Shown: positions 1-11,500 of the stretch, piece after piece | Layout: the number at the start of each line of letters is the position of its first letter | Position numbering within the stretch: position 1 is the first letter of the stretch | Source of the DNA: Podarcis melisellensis | Taxonomy: Eukaryota | Length of the DNA stretch: 64,000 nt | Assembly: GCA_964234715.1 (NCBI GenBank) | Contig: OZ174290.1 | Reading direction: 5' to 3' (one strand) | The notes under the pieces: generated by a model | Told to the model about the DNA's origin: nothing | Database searches by the model: none | The model's input: only the letters and a program-made list of their open reading frames with translations | Made by a program: the position numbers and the translations under genes

Positions 1-148
1 ATTCTCCTACTAATTGTTTCGCTTAATCTCTCTTATCATCAATTCTTAATCTATTTTAATGAGCTGAAGCAAAGTTCTTAACCCGAGGTACTATTTCTGG
101 GTTAGCGGAGCCTGTAACCTGAAGCGTATGTAACCTGAGGTACCACTG
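1..148. mobile_element. Right end of a Tc1/mariner-type MITE (CAGTGGTACC TIR family)
   Basis: Ends TAACCTGAGGTACCACTG followed by TA; body nearly identical to 36782-36881. Confidence 0.8.
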
Positions 149-1257
149 TATGAGTCAAAGGCTGCCACAGGTGCCTCCTCCTCTCTTTCTTTCATTGGGG
201 GTGTAGTTCCAGCCCTCCTCCTGTCAGCCCTAGCAGGCAGGAATGGCACTTCCAGTTTAGGCTATCCTGGTCCTGATACCATAGTGGCTTCTTTCTTCTT
301 GAGGTAGAGGGGACCCTCCTGCCACTTCATGCTGTGCATGGTGTTCTGCTTGGAATGGTTGCCAGCGGTGAACTCTTCCCATCCAGTTTGAATCCTGCAG
401 TTGATTCTTCCATTAAGGTTTATGGGGCAAGTCAAATGCCTGCAACTGGGAGCACACATGAGCAGAGCCAGCAAGGTTGTCAGCCGCCTCATTTGTCCCA
501 AAGCACACCTCTTTCCATTCAGATAATTGAACAGTTGCTACTTCCTGCTTAGGGAGCTACACTTGGGGGAAGTAGGATCCTTGTCACAGTTGGTACAGGG
601 ATTTCCCTGCTATGCTGACCTTGGGTGGCCTATCTCATTTTTGGCAGTGTTTGATGTCACAGGCAAGTAGAGGAGTTCCCCCACCCCTGAAATATGGGAG
701 AACTAGCACCTGCAGAATGGGATGGCTGGTGTCCTTTTAGCTTCAGGTTAAGGCCACAAGAATTGGATCTAGTCTGGCATAATAGTAACTGGCAGACATT
801 CAGATGCTCCTGGGAACCCATATGCAGGGAGCAGCTCCACCCCCTCCCTCTTGATTATTTCTCAGCAGCTGGCATCCAGGGACACAGAAGCTCCATTTTA
901 GCCATCCTGACTAGTAGCTATTGATAAGCCTTCCCTCCTCCATGAGTTTGTATAATCCTTTTTAGGATGTGGTCAACACCACACCTTGTGGCTATGAGTT
1001 TGATCATTTAGTTCTGTGCTGGTGAGCAGAAGTGGTTACTGTAGAAGAGGAGCGTGGCTGCCATGTGGTCCATCCAGCAGAAGTGGCCATAGGCCGGTGA
1101 TCGTCAGATAGCCTTTCCAGAGAGGGCAGCCTCAGTGTGGTGCTTTTCAGTTTCATTCATGCGTTTTCATGTCCTGCCCTTCAGTCCTAGATTTTATCCA
1201 GCATTTCCCTTGTGGTTTGTAAGACACAGTTTCATTATCATATATAGCTGAGTGCAC

Positions 1258-1495
1258 ATTAAGAACACAAAAAGAGCCCTGCAGCTGGATCAGACCAAAG
1301 GCTCATCTAGAACATCAATTCTCACAGGGGCCAACTAGATTCTTATGCGAAGTCCATCAGGAAGCAGGACATAAGCACAGCAGCAGCACTCTCCCTTCTT
1401 CAGCTGCCCAGACACTAGTATTCAAAAGTATGCTGATTCCTATACTGGAAGTAGTCTACAGCCATCATGACTAGTAGCCACTGATAGCCTTACAT
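1258..1495 (-). mobile_element. Degenerate CR1/L2-type LINE 3' end
   Basis: AAGAACA...GCTGGATCAGACCAAAGGCTCATCTAG...CATGACTAGTAGCCACTGATAGCC; related copies at about 700-1000 and 35590-35790. Family assignment is tentative. Confidence 0.5.
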
Positions 1496-1632
1496 TGGTG
1501 GTACTCTAGCACACACCCCGTGGGGCTTGTTACTACTTATTTTCATCCTCCACTTACCTGGGACCAAGCAATCAGCATTGCTGTAGATATTTCTAGTCTA
1601 TTAAACTGCCCCCCTCTCTCTCTCTTTTGCAG

Positions 1633-4600
1633 GATGAGCAGTTCATAGGCTTTGGTTCAGATGATGAGGCCAAAGGACAAAGTCCCACCAAATCTCCCAC
1701 AGGTATGTTCAGTTTGCTACTGTCTTGTCAGGTTCATGGGAGTTTTTTCTTAAAACGGTCTACATGGGCCTGGTCTGAAGACTGCACTAGTGCCGCAAAC
1801 TGTTGACGTAACACATGTTATCTCTCTCCACCTTATCTGTAGGGATGTGACTAAGCTCTGCTACAGGGATGGGGGTGCAAGGATTGATGGGTTGAGTACT
1901 TAAATAGGCGTCAAATCAAGTGCATATTGTATAATACCTCTCATTTGTCTTTAACATGAGCAACATTTTAAAAGTAAACAATGCAACAATACATAGTGGG
2001 CTTTCAATTTGGTTTATCCTGAATACTATCCTTAGTCTACATTTTTTGAAAGAAACAAGTGGAACTGACCAACTAATCTCCAGAGCTTTCATGGTGGGGA
2101 AAACTTACAGTACTTTAACAGTCAACTGGAGAGAACTCCTTTTCCTGTAGCAGAAGCTATTGGTTCCAGCAGTTAACAAGCATTATGTATAATGCTTGTT
2201 TAAATACTTTTGTTTTCTTTGTTTTCAATAGCCTGTTTGCATACCGTGTGACTTTGAAATGCACACACTTATTCCCATCTTGCAGAGAAGCTGAATGTGC
2301 ACTTTCTTTCCCCTTCCTTCACTTTACCTGCAGCCTCAGTCAAGCCTAGCGCACGCAAACCTCGTGGGAGACCCCGAAACAGCTCAGACCGAAGTTCAGT
2401 TGTGCTCTCAGAGTCCTCACCTGTGTATTCACCTTCAAGCAAACCAGAACCCATCTCCATGGAAAAATTAAAGAGGAAAGAATTGAAAAGTGCAGAAAAG
2501 CGACGAGGGAGGCCTCCTGCACTTAGCAGTGTGAAGTTCAAGATCACCCGCAAAGAGGTCATTCCAGATGCTCAGAAAGGAGGCAAGGAGGAAAAAGAGA
2601 ATCTAAAGAAAATAAAGCGAGCACCTTCCACTACATTTCAGCATGCTGCAAAAATTAAGAAACTAAGAGCAGGAAAACTCTCTCCACTGAAGTCTAAATT
2701 CAAATCTGGAAAGCTCCAGATTGGAAGAAAAGGGGTTCAGATTGTACGCAGGAGAGGAAGGCCACCATCTTCTGATCGCTTGAAGACTGCACCAGCTCTA
2801 GTTGTGAGTTCTCCATTAGAGAAGGCCCAGAAGGTGCGAAAGGAGAAAGATGGAGTCTCGCCCCTGTCGAAGGATGAGAAGCCAGCTGTGAGACAGAGCC
2901 CCCGCAGGCCTGTGAGGATCATCCCTTCCTCCAAGAGGACGGATGCCACGATTGCCAAGCAACTCTTGCAGAGGGCTAAAAAGGGGGCCCAGAAGAAGAT
3001 CGAGAAAGAAGCAGCAAAGCTTCAAGGCCGGAAGGGGAGGACGCAGCTCAAAAACATCCGGCAGTTCATCATGCCAGTGGTGAGTGCGATCTCTTCGCGG
3101 ATCATTAAAACTCCAAAGCGCTTCATTGAAGATGAAGACTATGATCCACCAATCAAAATAGCCCGTCCGGAATCCACACCAAATAGCCGCTTCAGTGCTC
3201 CCTCTTGTGGGTCCAGTGAGAAGTCCAGCGGCGCCTCTCAGCACTCCTCTCAGGTGTCTTCAGATTCCTCACGGTCCAGCAGTCCCAGTGTTGACACATC
3301 CACAGATTCTCAGGCCTCAGAAGAGATGCAGGCCTTATCTGAAGAATGCAGCAATACTCCAGAAGTTCACCCTCCGTTGCCCACATCCCCTTCCCCTGAT
3401 AACGAGAGTGGCGAGAGGAGGAGGAGGAGGTTTTCTATGGCAGAGAGAAATTTTGTGCCCAAAGCAGCTAAAAAACTGCCCAGCCTCCAAAGTGTGTCCC
3501 AGCAGCAGCAGTCATCGTCTTCCTCTCCTCCACCACCGCTTCTCACCCCACCGCCACCACTCCAGCCAGCTGCCGGCATTTCAGACCATGCCCCTTGGCT
3601 TATGCCCCCCACCATCCCTTTGGCATCGCCCTTTCTGCCCTCCTCAGCTGCTCCCATGCAAGAAAAGCGGAAGTCGATTCTTCGAGAGCCAACATTCCGT
3701 TGGACCTCTCTAAAGCACTCTCGGTCCGAACCCCAGTACTTTTCCTCAGCCAAGTATGCCAAAGAAGGTCTCATCCGCAAGCCCATCTTTGATAACTTCA
3801 GGCCTCCTCCGCTGACCCCTGAGGATGTTGGCTTTGCCTCTGGTTTTTCAACGCCTGGAGCTGCAGCTCCAGCCCGCTTGTTTTCTCCTCTTCACTCTGG
3901 AACAAGATTCGACCTACACAAAAGGAGCCCCTTGCTACGAGCTCCAAGGTTCACCCCAAGTGAGGCCCACTCACGCATCTTTGAGTCTGTAACTTTGCCT
4001 TCTTCTGTTAGTCGATCAGCAGCAGGAAGCACTGCAGCAGCATCCTCTTCGAAGAAGCGGAAGAAGAGAGGGTTCAGCCCAATTCGATCAGAACCCAGAT
4101 CTCCTTCGCACTCCATGAGGACGAGAAGTGGAAGACTAAGCACCTCTGACCTGTCCACTCTCACTCCATCCTCATCAGTTTCTTCCTCGCTGACAAGCAT
4201 TCCTGTGGGTTCCCTTACCACCAGTGCCTTAAACTCCACTTTTACTTTTCCTTCCCATTCTCTCTCCCATTCTGGGGAGTCGGCAGAGAAAAGCCAGAGA
4301 CCGAGGAAGCAGGCAAGCATTCCGGCTGAGCCTTTCTCATCCGGGAGCCCCACTCCCCTCTTTCCATGGTTCACACCAAGTCCCCAAACGGAGAGGGGCA
4401 AGAACAGAGACAAAGCCTCCAGTGAGGAACCATCCAAAGATAAAGAAAGTGACAAAGGTCTTGAGAAGGAGAAGAGCAGAGAGAGGGATAGAGAGAGAGA
4501 GAAAGAGAATAAGCGGGAGTCCAGGAAAGAGAAAAGGAAAAAGGCTCCAGAGATTCAGAGCAGCTCAACTTTGTTCCCACTGACTCGAGTTTCCAAAGGA

Positions 4601-5453
4601 AAAGTTGTCCGTGAAGATGTAGCCATTTCCTCTTCTGCCAAAAAAACTGCAGGCCGGAAGAAATCGGCGACTGCTGATCCAGCAGCAGATGTGCCTGCTG
4701 TGGTTCTTGTAGACTCAGCAGCAGCCATCATCAAGACCAAACTGCCCAAGAAAGGCCGAGGGGGGTTAGAGAAATCCAGTCTGGAACTTGGATTGGCTGC
4801 TCCTTCCATGGAAAAGGAAGAATCCCTGCGTCTCCCAGCTGCTGCTTCAGTCAACATTGTGAAACATTCCTCCATCAGCTCAGTGCTGGCTCATGCAGAC
4901 AAACTTCCAATGACTGACAAGAGGGTGGCCAGCCTCCTCAAGAAAGCAAAAGCCCAGCTGTATAAGATTGAGAAGAGCAAGTCCCTGAAGCAGGTGGATC
5001 AGCCAAAAGGACAGGTATTTACCCCCAAAGTAGTGGTTTGGAAAAGAGGTAGCACATGGAGGGAAATAACTATGACAATAGAAGACCATGCAGTGCCTGG
5101 CTGGCACCATGAGGGGGAGGACAAAGCTCTTGACATAAGTGGCCTGAGTTGGTGCAGCGTCTCAGGTTTCTAGGTCCCTGTAAGCAAACCAGAGCGTGAC
5201 CTCAGATCATCATTTAGCTGCCTCTGCTTTGGGGTCACAGTTCCCACTGAGGTGTCTTTTTGAAGCTTCCTGTTGCCTTGATCTCATGTCTTGCCCATCC
5301 CAAGGGAAAGCAATGGCTCCTTCCTTTTTGAATTACTGGTGAGAGTTTTCTCACTGCAGCCTCTTACCTTCATGCTGAATTGTTTTTAACACTTGATTGG
5401 GAGCCACCCAGAGTAGCTGGGGAAACTCAGCCAGATGGGCGGGGTATAAATAA

Positions 5454-5505
<52 letters not shown>

Positions 5506-8500
5506 CTTCCACTTACCTTTTACCAAAGACAATCTCAACCCACCCTGGCCAGACATATACACACATGCGCATACAAACAAATATACAACAGCCGAGGGAT
5601 GCATGGCAATTGCCAGATGTCTCCCCAAAGCTGTTGCACTTTTCTAACAGGATTTGGTGGGCTTTTGGTCATGCATGAGGTGCATAACTAGCTGTTTGAT
5701 GCATTTTATGTAAGTAGTGGCAGGAATTGTTCCTTTTTTTGCAAGTCTTAGCCTTAGTTAAGTATTTTTACACTTAAAAGGTTACTGTTCATTAGAAGAA
5801 AAAAACTACTTCTGATTTCTGCTGTTTCCTCCATTTGAAAACACGTTTAGAGAAGGTTCAGAGATCTTTAACCTTCTGCTGGACAAACTGCTTTTTGCAT
5901 TTGAACTTGAATCGCTCCCTGTGGGATGGTTGATTATGTCTTAACAGCCTTTTCCTGTGTTCTTGCCCTGCTTGGAATTTAGGGTCAAGAGAGTGATTCT
6001 TCAGAGACCTCCGTGCGAGGGCCACGCATAAAGCATGTTTGCAGAAGGGCAGCTGTAGCACTAGGCCGCAAGCGAGCCGTCTTTCCAGATGACATGCCCA
6101 CTCTGAGTGCCTTACCATGGGAAGAACGAGAGAAGATACTGTCTTCCATGGGGAACGATGGTAAGTGTCTGAATTTATGCTGAAGGGTGCTTCTCCAAGG
6201 GTGCATCGGTGGCAGAAGAAGGTATGCGAGGCTGTAGGATGAAGGAGTTGTGTTTCTAGGAAATCTGGATGGGCCCCGCTGTGAAGCTGTTCTGAGAAAC
6301 CAGCGATGGCCAGCAAAGTCAGTTCTGTTGAGGACTCACTTCTCCTTTATTGATTGCTGAATTAATAGCTGGTCTTTCATTTCACAGACAAGTCCTCGGT
6401 TGCAGGTTCAGAAGATGCCGAGCCCCTTGCACCTCCCATCAAACCTATCAAGCCAGTTACCAGAAACAAGGCCCCCCAGGAACCCCCTGTGAAGAAAGGC
6501 CGGCGGTCAAGGCGCTGTGGGCAGTGCCCAGGCTGCCAGGTCCCAGAGGACTGTGGTGTCTGTACAAATTGCCTGGATAAGCCAAAGTTTGGTGGGCGGA
6601 ACATCAAGAAGCAGTGCTGCAAGTAAGTGTGTGGGTATGAAGCCTGCCCCTGCCCTCCCGTTGTTCTGGGAATAAGGCCCTTCGTTGTTGGTTTGTGGTG
6701 CTTCTACCCTGTCTTCCTATAAAAGATTTAGCCAGAGGAAGATCCTTTCACTTGCATCAAAGAAGAGCTAAGGAGCAGAAGACTAGTGACTTTGTCATCC
6801 TCTGAGCTTGGCTGCTGCCTTTCCTTCCTCTTGGAGTTCAAAGTGGCAGTTGGGGGCTCTCAAGAGAGTGGCAGGGAAATGGACAGGGTTGGGTGGGACA
6901 GTGGAGAGATCTGCCTCCTCTTTTCTTCAGCCTTTTCAGGTTTTGAGTTTACCCTGCTGTGTAGTCTGCTGAACGTGAAAACGAAAGTGTAGTGTGGAGA
7001 ATTGACCCTTGGCTGAATATGTGCCACAGCATGCTTCCTCTGAGCAGCCTTCTCACAGTGGCTTGGCCAAACCTCAGAAAAAGTTTCAGATCTTAAACAA
7101 AGAGGGAGAACAGTTAATCTTCTTCGCATCTTGAAAGTAAGGCGTTTTGAAGATGCTTCAGAACTAGTTGCTTTTCGGCATAGCAGAAAGGCTGACATAG
7201 CAGAGCTGGTGCTGGTGGGGCGATCTTTCTCATCCTTTTAGCCAGATTGGTCTGCCATTGATCTCGAACTTTGGCATGGCTCCAAAGCAGATATCTTTCC
7301 ACTTGAGATGCAGCAGCCTGCAACATGCCTGGGAATCCAAAGGCTTGTTTGTGTCGGGTGATGCATCTTGCCATCTCCTTCCTTTATTCCCCCCTAGGAT
7401 GAGGAAGTGTCAGAATTTGCAGTGGATGCCATCAAAAGCCTATCTCCAGAAGCAAGCCAAAGGTAGGTGCCTTTTTTTCATTATTTCTATTGCGATGGGG
7501 AGAGAAAGGCATAGTTAACAGCTGCAGAGTCTTTGCTTCAGCTTCAGCCTCAGCTCCATCTAGGCAGTGAGGCCGTGGGCAGGCTGGCATATACTCCTCA
7601 GGCACCACCCTCCCCTCTGGCCATCCGTCACTTGGGGAGGCCAGTGCCATAGGCTGCGCTATCGTTCATTGCATCTGAGGTGCTGCTTTTGCTTCACAGC
7701 TGTGAAAAAGAAAGAGAAGAAATCCAAGTCCAGTGAAAAGAAAGAGATCCATGCTGGGAAGAGCCAGCCAGAGGCTGGACAGAAAGCAGCTGCTCCTCAG
7801 CTCACCTTGGCGAAAGAGGATCATGTCTCCAAAAGGGGCAGTGAACCTGCCCGGAAGCCCAGTGAGGAGAAGAGTGAGGAGGGCCCACCACCACTGACTC
7901 CGCCTCCCCCAGACACCAAGCAGGCCCCTCCCCCTGCAGCCCGGAAGGCTGGCAAGCAGCAGGCACCGCCCCCCACGCAGGTGCCCCCCACCCCACCGCC
8001 TAGTACAGGCCCACCAAAAAAGGAAGCCCCCAAAACCATCCCTGCTGAGCCCAAGAAGAAGGCAGCTCCACCACCAGAAGTGGGTAGGTATTCAATTGCA
8101 GCAAAGGTAGTTGTTAGCTGCCTCTGCAAAGTCAAGCAGCCCACCTCTGGACTTCATGGAAGAGATGTGAACACATCTGCTGTACTAATTGGGCTCTTAA
8201 GTGGGTCAGGAAAGAGCAGCCTTGGACACAGCTGGGCAGGTTAGCAAGTGTGTGGCGAGCTGCAGGAAATCCTATAGTGCCCACTCCTCCCTAACAAATT
8301 GGAATTGCTAGTTCACTTTGTTTTGTTTTCAGCTTTCCACAACAGTGGAAAAGTTGTCTCCTTAAGTCCCCAAATTCTGTTTGACTGCTAGAAGCAACTC
8401 TTGGCTTTTAACAAACTGCATTTGTACTTTCCCTAGGGATCGAGCAAAGCAGACAGAAGAAAATAACTCCTCGTCCAAGCTTACCAGTGAAACAGAAGCC

Positions 8501-11500
8501 AAAAGAAAAGGTAACCTGCAAGTTGCTCTATGTCTCCAGTGAACAGAAAAAGCTTTTTTCATAGTTGGTTCCTTGCATGTAGCTCTCCTGGCTTTTAGAG
8601 AGCCCATGAAGACAGCACAAGTTGAGGATGCCCTTTGGTACAAGTTCTGACCCTGTGATGGCACCACCTACAGATGGGCTGCTTTTACAGTGGCTCTAGG
8701 CTCTTAGGGGTCCTTTTGCTTGACTCTCCAAAGTTCAGGTTGGTGTGCAGATGATGATGCTTCTCACTATGGTTTTTTTTCCTTCTCTCCGCCCCAGCCC
8801 CCCCCCCCCCGCCAATAGTTTGTGCATGGAATGGCTTTCCCCTCCAGAAAAGACAAGGCCACGCACCTTTTAACACTAATAGATTCCAATTCATGTTTGG
8901 GGGTGGATACCTACTGGATTGAGTTTGCTTTCAAAACAAGACTGACCAGTTCAAAATTTCAGATTTTGCTTTCCAGTTTCTGAAACCCCTGTTGCTCTTT
9001 GCTTTACAAAATGTGAAAGAAGAGAGTCCTCCTTAGATTCCAGCCCATAACTAACTGCATATATTTTGAATGTTGGTTTTCCTTCTGCTGCTTGAGCAAA
9101 GAAAATGCCATTTTTTTGCCCTCTTTCACCAGGAGAGACCACCCCCAGTCAGCAAGCCAGATAATGGTACCCTCAACCTGTTGAGCACTTTATCAAATGG
9201 GAACAGCTCCAAACAGAAACCCCTCATAGATGGAGTCCACAGGATCCGAGTAGACTTCAAGGTAACAGGGTGGTTTGGGGTGGTGCCCCTGCCTTTCTCC
9301 ACCAGAAACCTGGCCTTGGGGGTTTGTAGGATGTGGCGACATCTCTTCCTTGAAACTCCCCTCTTTCTACAAAGAGCTGTTCTGGTGAAAGTTGTTTAGT
9401 TTTCTGTAGAGCCTGTTGCTTCTTAAGATAGCACACAGGAGGATGAGAAAGAGTGATGAATACAAAAGGGAATACCAGCAGTTTCCATAAACCAAGGCAG
9501 CCTCCTGAGGCTCTTAATGCCCTAGGAGAGTCTTTATTGTTAGCAACAGCATTAGTTAGGCAGTACATCGGCATGCATATACTGCTGCCACGTGCCCTTT
9601 AGAAGATGTCTAGGTATGTATCACTGGTGTGGAGAGAACCGAGGTTAAGTAACTCCATCCAGCACATTCCTTTGTATGTCACAGAAGCTTTGGCAAACAA
9701 AACATTTTCATAGTGATATGTACAGGATCTTCGTGCTTTGCTCCAGTTCTTGTCATTTCCACCACCCCTGGGCCTGGTATAAGGATAATTCCCTTTCCAT
9801 GTTCTTCCTTTTGTGTTTTTTAGGAGGACTGTGAGGCTGAGAACGTTTGGGAAATGGGCGGTTTGGGTATCCTGACCTCTGTCCCGATAACTCCCAGGGT
9901 GGTCTGCTTCCTCTGTGCCAGCAGTGGGCATGTGGAGGTAAGGGTGAGGTCCCACAGGGACAGTCCACACCAAGCTGTTTGGTGTATGTGTGTGTGTGTG
10001 ATATTATTTCAGCTATCTAAAACTAAAGTAAATCTGAAGCTGGAATTGAATCCTGATAAAGGCCATCAGTTAGAGCTGCAGCTTCAACTGCCATTTGAAA
10101 TGCTGCTTTACCTGCCTCTCAAAGCAGGAGGTGTGGTGTCAGAGAAGCACTTATGTCTCTAGGCACCAGTTGACCTTTTGTAGCTTCACTAATACATGCT
10201 GCTCTTGCAGAGGGGCTCTGGAGATAAAACAGCCCACAGACAAATGGTGCAGAACTTGGTGGTGGAAGAGGGCTCTCTAAGCCTCTTTGAAGCAACTGTT
10301 ATGTGAAACTGGGGGCCAAACCATGAGGGTGGGGTGACCAAAGACTTTCTCCTCCTCCTCCCTCTCCCTCTGGAACCAGCCATCTGGGGCAAGCTGGTGG
10401 GCAAATAGTTGAAGTGCACAACTGCTGCAGGATGCGGCTGACCTGCTGACTTGCCCCTTCCCTTGTAGTTTGTGTATTGCCAGGTGTGCTGTGAGCCTTT
10501 CCACAAGTTCTGTTTGGAGGACAGTGAGCGCCCCCTGGAGGACCAGTTGGAAAACTGGTGCTGTCGTCGCTGCAAGTTCTGCCATGTGTGTGGGAGGCAG
10601 CACCAGGCCACCAAGGTAGTCGGGAGTCCCTTGATGAGCTTGCCTGTCTCCTTTTGTCCCTCTGGAATGGGGGGTTTGTGGCATCGCAAGGGATGGCCGC
10701 CGGGGATGCTCAGTTTCCCCAACACAGCTTCCTTATGTTGAACTAGGAGTCATCAAATGTCTAAAGCAGAGCTTTCCAAACTTTTCATGTTGGTGACACA
10801 CTTTTTAGACATACATCATTTTGCAGCATAGTAATTCAGTTTTACTAGCAAACTGGAGGTTAAACTATCCCCTTTCCAGCCCCGGGAAAAGCATGGGGAG
10901 TGTTCGTACAACACACCTACACACTGCAGCTGACACACTAATGTGTCATGACACACAGTTTGGAAAGCTCTGGTCTAAAGCAACTACTGGAGCGTCTAGG
11001 CTTGACTTGCTGCTGTTTTCCATGTTTCCATAGCAGTTGCTGGAGTGTAACAAGTGCCGAAACAGCTATCACCCAGAGTGCCTGGGACCAAATTACCCAA
11101 CAAAACCTACGAAGAAAAAGAAGGTTTGGGTGAGTTCTGTTGCATCGTGGGGACACTTGTAAGGCAGGGATACCTTCCCCTCTTATTATAATCAGACTGC
11201 CAGGTGTCTTAGCCTGATGTTGAAAGTGGTCCATTGTTTACAAGGATATGCAATAAAATCGGTCTGAATCATAAACTGCTGGATATGGCAACCCCATCAA
11301 CTGGCCATTGCAAAAGAGGCAGGCTGAGGCATGGTTTTCTGTTCCATGGCTCACCTGTAGAGGGAAGCATCTTTGGTGCCTGCTATGACTGAATCCTATG
11401 ATCCCAGAGAGAGGCTGTGCAGACCTTTATTCCTTGTCTGTCTTTCCAGATCTGCACGAAATGTGTCCGCTGCAAGAGCTGTGGAGCGACAACGCCAGGC

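Noticed and set aside
2269-5110. Multiple antisense and alternative-frame ORFs (up to 187 aa) over KMT2A exon 3
   Set aside because: Shadows of a long Ser/Pro/Lys-rich coding exon; no recognisable domains or independent gene signals.
5380-5691. 103-aa ORF with a poly-Leu 'transmembrane' run
   Set aside because: The poly-Leu is the (TTA)n tail of a LINE fragment.
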